DNA from: Kineococcus radiotolerans SRS30216 = ATCC BAA-149
GTDB lineage: Bacteria > Actinomycetota > Actinomycetes > Actinomycetales > Kineococcaceae
DNA: 32,000 nucleotides
Direction of reading: 5' to 3'
NCBI RefSeq assembly: GCF_000017305.1
Contig: NC_009664.2
Coordinates: forward strand, 510,001 to 542,000
Of the stretch, positions 23,025-30,983 are shown one piece after another. Each line of letters starts with the position of its first letter. Position 1 is the stretch's first letter. A program made the position numbers and the translations under genes. Under the pieces are notes generated by a model, which saw nothing but the letters and a program-made list of their open reading frames with translations, did not search any database and had not been told where the DNA came from.

Positions 23025-25294
23025 GGTGCGCCTCCGGTCCGGGCGGGGTCGCGGTCCTCCAGCAGCGGCAGCTCCAGCCGCGCGGTGGTGCCCTGGCCCT
23101 CCACGGACTCCAGGTCCAGGGACCCCCCGTGCAGGCGGACCAGGTCGCGGGCGATGGTGAGGCCGAGCCCGGCGCCGGGCACGGCGAGCGCGGTGGCGTT
23201 GGACCCGCGCGCGAAGCGGGCGAAGACGGCGTCGGTCTCCCCCGCCGGGATCCCCATCCCGTTGTCCTGCACCACGATCCGTACCCGCCCGGGGTGGTTC
23301 TCCACCCGCAGGCGGACCAGGGACCCCACGGGGGAGAACTTCACGGCGTTGTCCACCACGGCCAGCACGGCGCGGTGGAGGTGCTCGGCGTCGCCGCGGG
23401 TGCGCAGGCCGGTGAGGTCGGCGGGCGGGGTCGTGCAGCGCAGCGTGCCGCCGCGGGTGGCGCCGCCCTGCACGGTGCGCGCGACCCCGGCGACGAGGTC
23501 GGCGACGGTGGTGGTGGTGCGCACCGGGGCCCCGGGGCCCGCGGCGAGGGGCTCCACCCGCGAGAGCAGCAGCAGGTCCTCGATGAGCGAGCGCAGCCGG
23601 TCGGTGTTGCGCTCGACGATGCCCAGGACGGCGGCGACGTCCTCGGGGACCTCCCCGAGGGCGCCGTCGCGCAGCAGCTCCAGGTAGCCGGCGATGCTGG
23701 TCAGGGGGGTGCGCAGCTCGTGCGAGACGGTGGCCAGCAGGTCCGACTTCACCGACTCCACCTCCCGCAGCTCCCCCAGCAGCCGCTCCTGGGCGCGGTA
23801 GAGACCGGCCAGGACCAGGGCGCGGGCCAGGTCGACGGCCACCGAGCGGGCCAGTTCGACCTCCGGCACCGACCAGTCGCGCGCCCGGGCTCCGACGAGG
23901 GTGAGCAGGCCGTGCGGGGCTTCCCCGACGCCGATGGGGACGAGCAGCGCCGCGCCGGCGCGGGCGCCGGGGAGGTCGTCGAGCAGCTCGCGGGGGACCT
24001 CGGAGGGGGTGGTGCCGGGCACGGCGTGGACCTCCCCGCCCGCGTGCAGCCGCCGCAGCCACTCCGCGGCCCCGGGGGCGCCGGAAGGGTCACCGGGCAC
24101 GGCGGTGCCGCCGGGGCCCGGGGCGTCGAGGGGGGCCAGCGGCGGGCGGGCCCACTGCTGGGCGATGGGGGTCACCCCGGAGCCGGTGAGCAGGCGCACC
24201 CGGACCCGGGCGACGTCGAGCTCCTCCCCCAGCCGGGTCACGGCCACCTGCAGGGCGTCGTCGGCGACGAGCTGGTCGCGGACCTGGCGGCCGATGTCAC
24301 CGGCGAGGCGGTGCAGGTGCGCGGACTGCTCCGCGGCCTGCAGCAGCCGGCGGTTCTCCCGGGCCAGGTCGTTGAGGGCGAGCGCCACGGCGCGGACCTC
24401 GCCGGGGCCGCGGGTGGGGTCGGCGACGGGGGTGGCGCGCTGGGCGCGTCCGCCGGGAGCGGTGCGCAGGGCGTCGAGGACGTCGACGAGGGCCCGCAGG
24501 GGGTCGACGAGCGCGTGGCGGGTGCGGACACCGGTGGTGACGACCACGGCGAGAGCGGCGGCGAGGGTGAGGGCGGTGACGACGAGGGCACCGGTGCGGG
24601 CCCGGTCCTCGGCCGAGGTGGCCTCGTCGCGCTGGTGGCGCACGAGGACGTCGAGGCGCTCGTTCGCCTCGTGCAGGGCGTCGAAGGCGTCGGCCTCGGC
24701 GGTGGCGGCGGCGACCACGGCGGCGCCGCGGTCGGGGTCGGTGCCGGCCAGCCAGACCTCCGCGAGCCGGGTCTGCTCGTCGAAGAGGCTGCGCTGCAAC
24801 GGGTCGGTGAGGAGGGACTCGACGTCCCCGCGCAGGGCGGGCAGCGTCCGGACGGACTGGCGGTAGGCCTCCAGGTGGTCCGGCCGCAGGGTGTCGCGGT
24901 AGTCGCGCAGCGCGGCGTCGGCCTCGGCGGTGGTCAGCTGCAGGGCGGTGTTGGCCGCCTCGAGCCGGCGCAGCTGGGTCTCGTGGGCCCGGGAGGCCCC
25001 GGTGACCAGCAGCCCGCCCGCCCCGGAGACCCCCACGAGCAGCAGCAGGACGACGACGACGCCGTGGGCGCGGGTGAGGCGGGCCCCCACCGAGGTGCCG
25101 GTGCGCCCGCGGGGGCGGGAGGCCGGACGGGCTGCGGGGTGGGTGTCGGGGTGGGTGTCGCCGCCGGGCCGCGGCGGGTGCGCGCGGTCCACGTCCGGCG
25201 CCCTGCGCGCACCACCCGGTCGGCCCACACCGTCACCATCGGCCCGGTCCCCGGCGGTCTTGAACGACCCCGGGGGGCCCGCTTCGCGCGGCAC
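23021..25294 (-). CDS. membrane sensor histidine kinase (TM - CHASE3-like - TM - HAMP - GAF - HisKA - HATPase_c)
   Basis: ORF 23021..25294 (GTG, 3 nt after the flhB stop; alternative GTG 25090 just before the first TM). Segments: TM HGVVVVLLLLVGVSGAGGLLV, periplasmic helical region ALRDYRDTLRPDHLEAYRQS (CHASE3-like), second TM ALVVTALTLAAALAVVV. H-box is LATVSHELRTPLTSIAGYLELL. N/G boxes are VVDNAVKFS, VQDNGMGIP, GAGLGLTIA. Confidence 0.8.
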   Translation of the reverse strand: MPREAGPPGSFKTAGDRADGDGVGRPGGARRAPDVDRAHPPRPGGDTHPDTHPAARPASRPRGRTGTSVGARLTRAHGVVVVLLLLVGVSGAGGLLVTGASRAHETQLRRLEAANTALQLTTAEADAALRDYRDTLRPDHLEAYRQSVRTLPALRGDVESLLTDPLQRSLFDEQTRLAEVWLAGTDPDRGAAVVAAATAEADAFDALHEANERLDVLVRHQRDEATSAEDRARTGALVVTALTLAAALAVVVTTGVRTRHALVDPLRALVDVLDALRTAPGGRAQRATPVADPTRGPGEVRAVALALNDLARENRRLLQAAEQSAHLHRLAGDIGRQVRDQLVADDALQVAVTRLGEELDVARVRVRLLTGSGVTPIAQQWARPPLAPLDAPGPGGTAVPGDPSGAPGAAEWLRRLHAGGEVHAVPGTTPSEVPRELLDDLPGARAGAALLVPIGVGEAPHGLLTLVGARARDWSVPEVELARSVAVDLARALVLAGLYRAQERLLGELREVESVKSDLLATVSHELRTPLTSIAGYLELLRDGALGEVPEDVAAVLGIVERNTDRLRSLIEDLLLLSRVEPLAAGPGAPVRTTTTVADLVAGVARTVQGGATRGGTLRCTTPPADLTGLRTRGDAEHLHRAVLAVVDNAVKFSPVGSLVRLRVENHPGRVRIVVQDNGMGIPAGETDAVFARFARGSNATALAVPGAGLGLTIARDLVRLHGGSLDLESVEGQGTTARLELPLLEDRDPARTGGAP

Positions 25295-25297
25295 GGC

Positions 25298-26380
25298 TCA
25301 GGCGGGGACGGTGTGGGCGTCGCCGAAGGCGGTCAGCGACCCGCGGCTGCGCAGGTTCATGACGAAGGCGAGGACCTTGGCCACGGCAGCGAAGAACTCC
25401 GGCGGGATCTCCTGGCCGATCTTGCAGCTCTTGTACATGGTGCGGGCCAACTGGACGTCCTTGACCAGGGGGACGTCGTTCTCCTTGGCCTTCTCGCGGA
25501 TCTTGCTGGCGATGGCGCCGGCGCCCTTGGCCACGACCTTGGGCGCCCCGGTGCCGGGTTCGTAGCGCAGGGCCACCGCGATGTGGGTGGGGTTGACCAG
25601 GACGACGTCGGCGGAGGCGACGTCGGACATCATCCGGTTGCGCGACATGGCCATCTGCTTGGAGCGGATGGCGCCCTTGAGCAGCGGGTCGCCCTCGGCG
25701 TTCTTGTGCTCCATCTTGATGTCCTGCTTGCTCATCCGCAGCTTCTTCATCGTGCGGCGGTAGCTCATGGCGTAGTCGCCGGCGGCGATGATCAGGCCGA
25801 GGAGGACGGTGACGGCGACGATCTTCACCACCGCCCCCTTGGTGAGGGTGAGCACCGAGGCCAGCGGCATGAGGCCGCTGCCGACGAACTGCGGGACGAG
25901 GTTCTTCACCACCAGCCACATGACCGTCCCGATGACGACGGTCTTCAGCAGCGACTTCGTGCCCTCCCACAGGGCCTGCGGACCCCAGTGCTGCTTGAAG
26001 CCGTTGACGGGGTTGAGGTTGCTGAACTTCGGCTTCAGCTTCTTCGGCGCCGGGCGCAGGGTGCCCTGGACGCCGCCGGAGACCACGACGGCGAAGACGG
26101 TGGCCGCGGCCAGCGGGCCCAGGACGCCGGGGATCCCGGCGAAGGTGGCGGCCAGGGCGGCCAGGGCGCGCGCGGGTTCGGGATCGGCCGCGACCGCGCC
26201 GACCCCGGCGAACGCCTTGCGCAGCAGCACCTGACCGGACTCGATGGTGTGCGGGATCGTCACGGCCCCCGCCCCGGTGGACAGCCACGCCGCGACGTCG
26301 CGGGAGAAGGGGATGTTCCCCTCGTCGCGGGCCTCCTTGAGCTTCTTCGGAGTCGGCTTCTCGGTCTTCTCACCGCTCAC
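25298..26380 (-). CDS. flhB: flagellar export switch protein FlhB
   Basis: ORF 25298..26380 (GTG overlapping the fliR stop, GTGA 26377-26380). N-terminus is SGEKTEKPTPKKLKEARDEGNIPFSRDV. The NPTH autocleavage site is in ADVVLVNPTHIAVALRY. Confidence 0.95.
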   Translation of the reverse strand: MSGEKTEKPTPKKLKEARDEGNIPFSRDVAAWLSTGAGAVTIPHTIESGQVLLRKAFAGVGAVAADPEPARALAALAATFAGIPGVLGPLAAATVFAVVVSGGVQGTLRPAPKKLKPKFSNLNPVNGFKQHWGPQALWEGTKSLLKTVVIGTVMWLVVKNLVPQFVGSGLMPLASVLTLTKGAVVKIVAVTVLLGLIIAAGDYAMSYRRTMKKLRMSKQDIKMEHKNAEGDPLLKGAIRSKQMAMSRNRMMSDVASADVVLVNPTHIAVALRYEPGTGAPKVVAKGAGAIASKIREKAKENDVPLVKDVQLARTMYKSCKIGQEIPPEFFAAVAKVLAFVMNLRSRGSLTAFGDAHTVPA

Positions 26381-27201
26381 CGGCCCTCACCCCCGCCCGC
26401 GGGGGCGGCCGCGCCGCCGGTGTCGGGGGGACCGGGGGTGACCAGGCGCACCACGGTCTCGCGGGCGGTGCCGGCCATGTCGTCCACGACCCCGGGCAGC
26501 ATCGAGAACGCGAACCCGGCCAGGGTGAGGGTGATGAGGATCTTGACGGGGAAGCTCATGGCGAAGACGTTCAGGGCCGGCGCCACGCGGGAGAGCAGAC
26601 CCAGGCCGATGTCGGTGAGGAAGAGGACCGCGATGAGCGGCGCGGCGATCTGCACGGCCGAGATGACCAGCTGCGCCACGCCCTCGGTGAAGACGCGGGC
26701 CACGGTGCCGGTGTCGAGGCCGGCGTCCAGCGGCAGGACGTCGTAGCTGCGCAGGAAGCCCTGCAGGATCAGCAGGTGCCCGCCGGAGACGACGAGCAGC
26801 GCGGTGCTGGTCCAGGTGTAGAGCTTGCCGAAGACCGCGGTCTGGGACTGCATGAGCGGGTCGTAGGCCGAGGCCATCTGGAAACCGCCGAACAGGTCGA
26901 GCATGTCCCCCGCGGCCTGGACGGCGGCGAAGACGAGAGCGACGAAGGCCCCCATGACCGCCCCCACGACGGCCTGCTGGACGACGGCGGTGATGAGGGC
27001 GCCGGGTTCGACGGCCGGCACGGAGTCGCGCAGGCGCTCGGCCACCGCCAGTCCCAGCCCCACCGACAGCAGGGCCTTGACCTGCCCGTTGACGGCCTTG
27101 TTGGCGAACGGCGGGGCCAGCATCAGGAACGCCGCCGAGCGGACCGAGGCCAGCAGGACGGCCACCAGCAGGTCGAGCGGGACGGCGGGGAGCCCTTCCA
27201 C
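26377..27201 (-). CDS. fliR: flagellar export apparatus protein FliR
   Basis: ORF 26377..27201 (GTG 4 nt after the fliQ stop). It is a polytopic membrane protein with a FliR-like profile (LLASVRSAAFLMLAPPF..., LVISAVQIAAPLIAVLFLTDIGLGLLSRVAPALNVF). It sits in the conserved position between fliQ and flhB. Confidence 0.9.
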   Translation of the reverse strand: MEGLPAVPLDLLVAVLLASVRSAAFLMLAPPFANKAVNGQVKALLSVGLGLAVAERLRDSVPAVEPGALITAVVQQAVVGAVMGAFVALVFAAVQAAGDMLDLFGGFQMASAYDPLMQSQTAVFGKLYTWTSTALLVVSGGHLLILQGFLRSYDVLPLDAGLDTGTVARVFTEGVAQLVISAVQIAAPLIAVLFLTDIGLGLLSRVAPALNVFAMSFPVKILITLTLAGFAFSMLPGVVDDMAGTARETVVRLVTPGPPDTGGAAAPAGGGEGR

Positions 27202-27205
27202 CGGC

Positions 27206-27484
27206 TCAGCCGCCGTGGGTCAGCAGGGAGGGGATCTGCCCGTACAGGGTGGACGTGAAGCCCGTGAGCTCGTGCAGCATCCACTTGCCGCACACCACGA
27301 TCGCGATGCCGACGGCCACGGCCTTGGGGACGAAGGCGATCGTCTGCTCCTGCAGCTGGGTGACGGACTGGAACAGCGAGATGCCGAAGCCGACGGCCAG
27401 CGCCGTCAGGAGCATGGGGGCGCTGAGCTTGGCGGCGAGGACGAGAGCGGTCATCCCGATGTGGATGACGGTCACGTCGGTCAT
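27206..27484 (-). CDS. fliQ: flagellar export apparatus protein FliQ
   Basis: ORF 27206..27484, 92 aa. It has two TM helices and the typical block SLFQSVTQLQEQTIAFVPK. SD GGAAGG lies 7 nt upstream. Confidence 0.95.
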   Translation of the reverse strand: MTDVTVIHIGMTALVLAAKLSAPMLLTALAVGFGISLFQSVTQLQEQTIAFVPKAVAVGIAIVVCGKWMLHELTGFTSTLYGQIPSLLTHGG

Positions 27485-27528
27485 CGCGGTGCCTTCCGTT
27501 CGCAGGGGTGTTCACGCTTCTGGCGTAG

Positions 27529-27556
27529 TTCTCGGCCGATCGGGTGAGGTTCTTGA
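27529..27556 (-). promoter_or_regulatory. sigma-28 (FliA/SigD)-like promoter candidate TCAA-N16-GCCGAGAA upstream of fliQ
   Basis: The minus strand reads TCAAgaacctcacccgatcgGCCGAGAA. The known consensus is TAAA-N15-GCCGATAA. The -10-like box matches 7/8, the -35 matches 3/4, and the spacer is 1 nt long. It lies about 45 nt upstream of fliQ ATG. Motif match only. Confidence 0.25.
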
Positions 27557-27733
27557 ACCCGGCCCGGGCGGGGTTCCGCGGCTGGTCGTCGCCTGGACGC
27601 AGGACGGGGCGGGCCCGGCGGATACTCCGTTCGCGCCACCCGGCCACGCGTCTCGCGACGGCCCTCGGGCGCTCACTCCGGACATCCGCCGGACCCACCC
27701 CGGCCTGCGCCCCTCGCGGGCGCCGTGCGTGGT

Positions 27734-28597
27734 TCAGCCCGTGTAGGAGCTCACCAGGGCCTTGATGATCAGTCCCCAGCCGTCGATCATGACGAACAGC
27801 AGCAGCTTGAAGGGCAGGGACACCGTGACCGGGGGCAGCATCATCATGCCCAGGCTCATCAGGGCCCCTGAGACGACGATGTCGATCACCAGGAACGGGA
27901 TGAAGATCACGAAGCCGATGATGAAGGCGCTGCGCAGCTCGGAGAGGGCGAAGGCGGGCACCAGGGTCGTCAGCGGGGTCTCCTCGCGGGTGGCGGGGAG
28001 GTCGCGCTTGGCGGCCTTCGTCATCAGGGCCAGTTCCTCGGGCCGGGTCTGCTTCAGCATGAACTCCTTCAACGGCTGGCTGCCGTCGGTGAAGGCGACC
28101 GTGGCGGTCTTCTCGCCCTTGAGGTAGGGCTGGACCGCGGTGTCGTTGATCGCGCCGAAGGTGGGGGCCATCACGAACATCGTGAGGAACAGCGCCAGGC
28201 CGGCGAGGACCTGGTTGGGCGGGGTGCCCTGCAGGCCGAGCGCGTTGCGCGTCAGGCCCAGGACGATGAGGATCTTGGTGAAGCAGGTCGTCAGCAGCAG
28301 CAGCGCGGGGGCCACCGACAGGATCGTCAGGGCGATGATGACGGTGATGGACTGGCTGGGCTTGCCGTCGACGCCGTTGATGTCCAGCGACACCGAGCCG
28401 GGGGCGGCCGGGGCCTGCGGGGCGACCGGGTCGGCGGGGGCGACGGCGCCCGCGCTCACGCCCGTCGTGTACGCGACGGGGGCGGCGGCGGAGACGGTGG
28501 CCGGGGCGGCGGCCTGCGCGGTCGCGGCACCTCCGGCGATCAGTCCGCCGGACAGCACCAGCGCCGCGACCAGGGTGCGAGCACGGGAGTTCTTCAC
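27734..28597 (-). CDS. fliP: flagellar export apparatus protein FliP (with signal peptide)
   Basis: ORF 27734..28597 (GTG overlapping the fliO stop, GTGA 28594-28597). Conserved blocks: LTTCFTKILIVLGLTRNALGLQGTPPNQVL, FLTMFVMAPT, AFALSELRSAFIIGFVIFIPFLVIDIVVSGALMSLGMMMLPP. Confidence 0.95.
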   Translation of the reverse strand: MKNSRARTLVAALVLSGGLIAGGAATAQAAAPATVSAAAPVAYTTGVSAGAVAPADPVAPQAPAAPGSVSLDINGVDGKPSQSITVIIALTILSVAPALLLLTTCFTKILIVLGLTRNALGLQGTPPNQVLAGLALFLTMFVMAPTFGAINDTAVQPYLKGEKTATVAFTDGSQPLKEFMLKQTRPEELALMTKAAKRDLPATREETPLTTLVPAFALSELRSAFIIGFVIFIPFLVIDIVVSGALMSLGMMMLPPVTVSLPFKLLLFVMIDGWGLIIKALVSSYTG

Positions 28598-29118
28598 CTG
28601 CGGGTCGTCCTCTCACGCAGCACGTCGACTGCCTTGGTCCAGGTGGCCGGCGACAGGGCCGAGCCGGCGACGCCCGAGGAGGCGTGGCGCGCGGACTTCA
28701 CCGCGATGGTCTCCCCGTCCCTGCGCACGTACCGCTCGCCGGCCGCGGGCTGGGGGGTGACGCCCTCGGCGGGGTCCGTGTCGTCGTCCGCCGCGGGGGC
28801 GGTGACGCCCTCCTCCTCGGCAGGTGCGGCCGATCCCTTGACCGCGGCCGCGGCCGGGCCCAGGACCGAGGCGACGTCGGTCTCGCCGAGCAGGCTCACC
28901 CCGGCGTCGGAGACCCCGACGACCAGGGCCTTGTCGCCGACCTGGACGAGCGCCACGGCGGCCTTGGCGCCCAGGCTCTGCTTGGCCAGGACGGCGAAGC
29001 CGGCCCCGCCGGCCACGACGCCCTGACGGCGGCGCAGCCAGCGGGAGATCAGGTAGAGGAGGCCGAGCACCGCGACCAGCGAGATGCTCGTGCGGGCGAT
29101 CGCGGCGACGGCGTCCAT
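28594..29118 (-). CDS. fliO: FliO/FliZ-like flagellar biosynthesis protein (single TM)
   Basis: ATG 29118 (TGATG junction with the fliN stop), within ORF 28594..29562. It has an N-terminal TM SISLVAVLGLLYLISRWL, then LAKQSLGAKAAVALVQVGDKALVVGVSDAGVSLL, typical of FliO. The position between fliN and fliP is conserved. Confidence 0.7.
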   Translation of the reverse strand: MDAVAAIARTSISLVAVLGLLYLISRWLRRRQGVVAGGAGFAVLAKQSLGAKAAVALVQVGDKALVVGVSDAGVSLLGETDVASVLGPAAAAVKGSAAPAEEEGVTAPAADDDTDPAEGVTPQPAAGERYVRRDGETIAVKSARHASSGVAGSALSPATWTKAVDVLRERTTRR

Positions 29119-29867
29119 CAGGCGCCGGCCTCCGGGGTGACGATCTCGGTGATGCGGATGGCGTAGTCCTCGTCGACGACGACGACCTCGCCGCGGGCGA
29201 TGAGCTGGCCGTTGACCAGGACGTCGGCGGGGCTGCCCGCGGCGCGGTCGAGCTCCACGACCGAGCCGGGGGTCAGGGCCAGCAGGTCCTGCACGGTCAT
29301 GCTCGTGCGGCCGAGCTCGACGGTGACGTCCATCTGCACGTCGCGCAGCAGGTCCATCGTGCGGCGCGGGCCGGCCGGGGCGGGGGTGCCGGCCGGGGCG
29401 AAGGACGGCATCGGGGCCGGGGTGGTGTCCGGCTGGGCGGTGAGGGTGAGGCCGATGAGGGCCAGGGTCTCCCCGCCGGCGTCGATGACGGCGACGGCCC
29501 CGTCGGCGATCTGGGACAGCGCCTGCGCCGGGTCGCCCTCGACCCCGGCCTCCAGGGTGCACTGACCCAGGGCGTGCACGACGGTCTCCAGCGCCGGGCG
29601 CAGGGCGTCGACGGGGTCCAGGGCGCCCTCGGGGCTCATGAGGAGGGTGTTGAGGGTCTCCTCGCCGACCACGACGGTGACCCGCCCGTTGGCGGCGCCG
29701 GCGAAGTTCGCCGAGACCGCGATGCCCTCGTCGCCGAGGTCGGGGGCCTGGGCGACCGCGAGGACGGTGGAGATGGTGCCCGGCGCGGACAGCGGGAGGA
29801 CGGCGAGCGCAGCCTGAGCGGCCTCGCGCAGCGTGGACATGAGGTCGGCGTGGGTGGCGGTGCTCAT
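29118..29867 (-). CDS. fliN: flagellar motor switch protein FliN/FliY (C-terminal SpoA/FliN domain with ~150-aa N-terminal extension)
   Basis: ORF 29118..29867. Its ATG overlaps the fliM stop (ATGA 29864-29867). The C-terminal block is DVQMDVTVELGRTSMTVQDLLALTPGSVVELDRAAGSPADVLVNGQLIARGEVVVVDEDYAIRITEIV. The N-terminal part is only weakly CheC/FliM-middle-like. Confidence 0.85.
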   Translation of the reverse strand: MSTATHADLMSTLREAAQAALAVLPLSAPGTISTVLAVAQAPDLGDEGIAVSANFAGAANGRVTVVVGEETLNTLLMSPEGALDPVDALRPALETVVHALGQCTLEAGVEGDPAQALSQIADGAVAVIDAGGETLALIGLTLTAQPDTTPAPMPSFAPAGTPAPAGPRRTMDLLRDVQMDVTVELGRTSMTVQDLLALTPGSVVELDRAAGSPADVLVNGQLIARGEVVVVDEDYAIRITEIVTPEAGA

Positions 29868-30808
29868 CGTGCGTTCTCCTCGGGGGTCGGGACGATCAGG
29901 CAGGCGAGCTTCGCGCCGCGGCTACCGGCCACGGCGGAGGCGACGTGGGCGTCGGAGGACACGACCTCCAGGGGTTCGTCGGCGCGGTGCGGCAGGCGCA
30001 GCACGTCGCCGGGGACGAGACCGAGGATCTCGTCGGGGCGCATCTGCGCCGCCTTCATCCGCACCGAGACCTCGACGGGGATGTGCTCGAGGTGGTCGTC
30101 GAGGCGGTCGCGCATGAGGCGCCGGATCCGCAGCTCCTCGGGGCTGGCCACCCGCAGCTCGGCCGCGGTCAGCGCCGTCGACAGCGGGTCCAGCGGCATC
30201 GCCAGGGTCGCGGTGCCGGCCACCCCGTCGACCTCCAGGTGGAAGGAGGACACGATCATCACGTCCGTGGCGGCCGCGGCCTGCGCGAAGGCGGGGTTCT
30301 GGTCGATCGCGGTCAGCTTCGGCTTGAGGTCGGTGACCGTGACCAGCGAGGAGGCCAGCTCGACCAGGGTCCGCTCGACCATGCCGCGGGCCAGGACGGC
30401 CTCGATGTCGGTCAGCTGCCGCTCGGGCTGGGCGTTGTGCCCGGTCCCGCCGAGCATCCGCTCGATGCAGGAGAGCACGAAGGCCATGTCCATGTGCAGG
30501 ACGGCCGCCCCGACCAGCGGTTCGGGGTCGAAGACGGCCATGACCGTCGGCATCGGCAGCGACGCGGCGTACTCGTCGTAGCTGTACTGCTGGATGCCGT
30601 CGAGCTCCACCTGCACCGTGGTGCGCAGGGTGGAGGACAGCAGCGTCGCCCACTGCCGGCAGAAGCCCTCGTAGGTGATCTCGAGCACGCGGGCGTGCTG
30701 ACGGGACAGCTTGGTCGGCCGTCGGAAGTCGTACGGGACGGGAACACCGCGTCGCCGGGAGCGACGGGTGCCTGTCCGCTCTGCGGTGCTGGGGGTCTCG
30801 GCTGCCAC
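29864..30808 (-). CDS. fliM: flagellar motor switch protein FliM (no N-terminal CheY-P docking motif)
   Basis: ORF 29864..30808 (GTG). Blocks seen: PYDFRRPTKLSRQHARVLEITYEGFCRQWATLLSSTL, GGTGH (GGxG region), and a C-terminal FliN-like domain LGLVPGDVLRL. An in-frame TAG 9 nt upstream of the GTG prevents any N-terminal extension. Confidence 0.9.
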   Translation of the reverse strand: MAAETPSTAERTGTRRSRRRGVPVPYDFRRPTKLSRQHARVLEITYEGFCRQWATLLSSTLRTTVQVELDGIQQYSYDEYAASLPMPTVMAVFDPEPLVGAAVLHMDMAFVLSCIERMLGGTGHNAQPERQLTDIEAVLARGMVERTLVELASSLVTVTDLKPKLTAIDQNPAFAQAAAATDVMIVSSFHLEVDGVAGTATLAMPLDPLSTALTAAELRVASPEELRIRRLMRDRLDDHLEHIPVEVSVRMKAAQMRPDEILGLVPGDVLRLPHRADEPLEVVSSDAHVASAVAGSRGAKLACLIVPTPEENAR

Positions 30809-30814
30809 GCTCCC

Positions 30815-30843
30815 CTATCGGCACGAACGGCCGTCACCCTTTA
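30815..30843 (-). promoter_or_regulatory. sigma-28-like promoter candidate TAAA-N17-GCCGATAG abutting the fliM start (would give a leaderless or near-leaderless mRNA)
   Basis: The minus strand reads cTAAAgggtgacggccgttcgtGCCGATAGgggagcGTG. The -10-like box matches GCCGATAA 7/8 and ends 6 nt before the fliM GTG. The spacer is 2 nt longer than consensus. There is no usable SD. Motif match only. Confidence 0.3.
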
Positions 30844-30946
30844 GCGCGAGCCCGAACGGGTGTTACCGGGCGCCCGGCCCTCAAGTCCGCCGGGTCCGGG
30901 CGCGGGCTGCGCGGGGCTGCGCGGGGGCCGGGGGGCGCTGCGCGGG

Positions 30947-30983
30947 GACGACGAAGGCCCCCGCGCGTCGTCGCACGGGGGCC
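30947..30983 (-). terminator. two overlapping, mutually exclusive GC hairpins downstream of fliL (terminator/attenuator candidate)
   Basis: Hairpin B is GGCCCCCG (30956-30963) / CGGGGGCC (30976-30983), 8 bp. On the minus-strand RNA it is followed by UUCGUCGUC. Hairpin A is GACGACG (30947-30953) / CGTCGTC (30966-30972), 7 bp, and shares sequence with B. Confidence 0.35.

Noticed and set aside
25090-25294. Whether the first 68 codons of the membrane kinase are coding or a 205-nt spacer. They are low-complexity and include a 12-nt tandem repeat encoding DTHPDTHP and a 9-bp stem at 25177-25213.
   Set aside because: This cannot be decided from sequence alone. I kept the longest ORF as the feature, noted the alternative GTG 25090, and did not annotate a separate regulatory element.
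30880-30960. Runs of G (GGG, GGGG, GGGGG, GGGGGG) on the plus strand of the fliL-fliM spacer, considered as a G-quadruplex element.
   Set aside because: G-runs of this kind are frequent by chance at >70% GC. There is no way to tell functional G4s from background here, so I kept only the hairpin and repeat observations.
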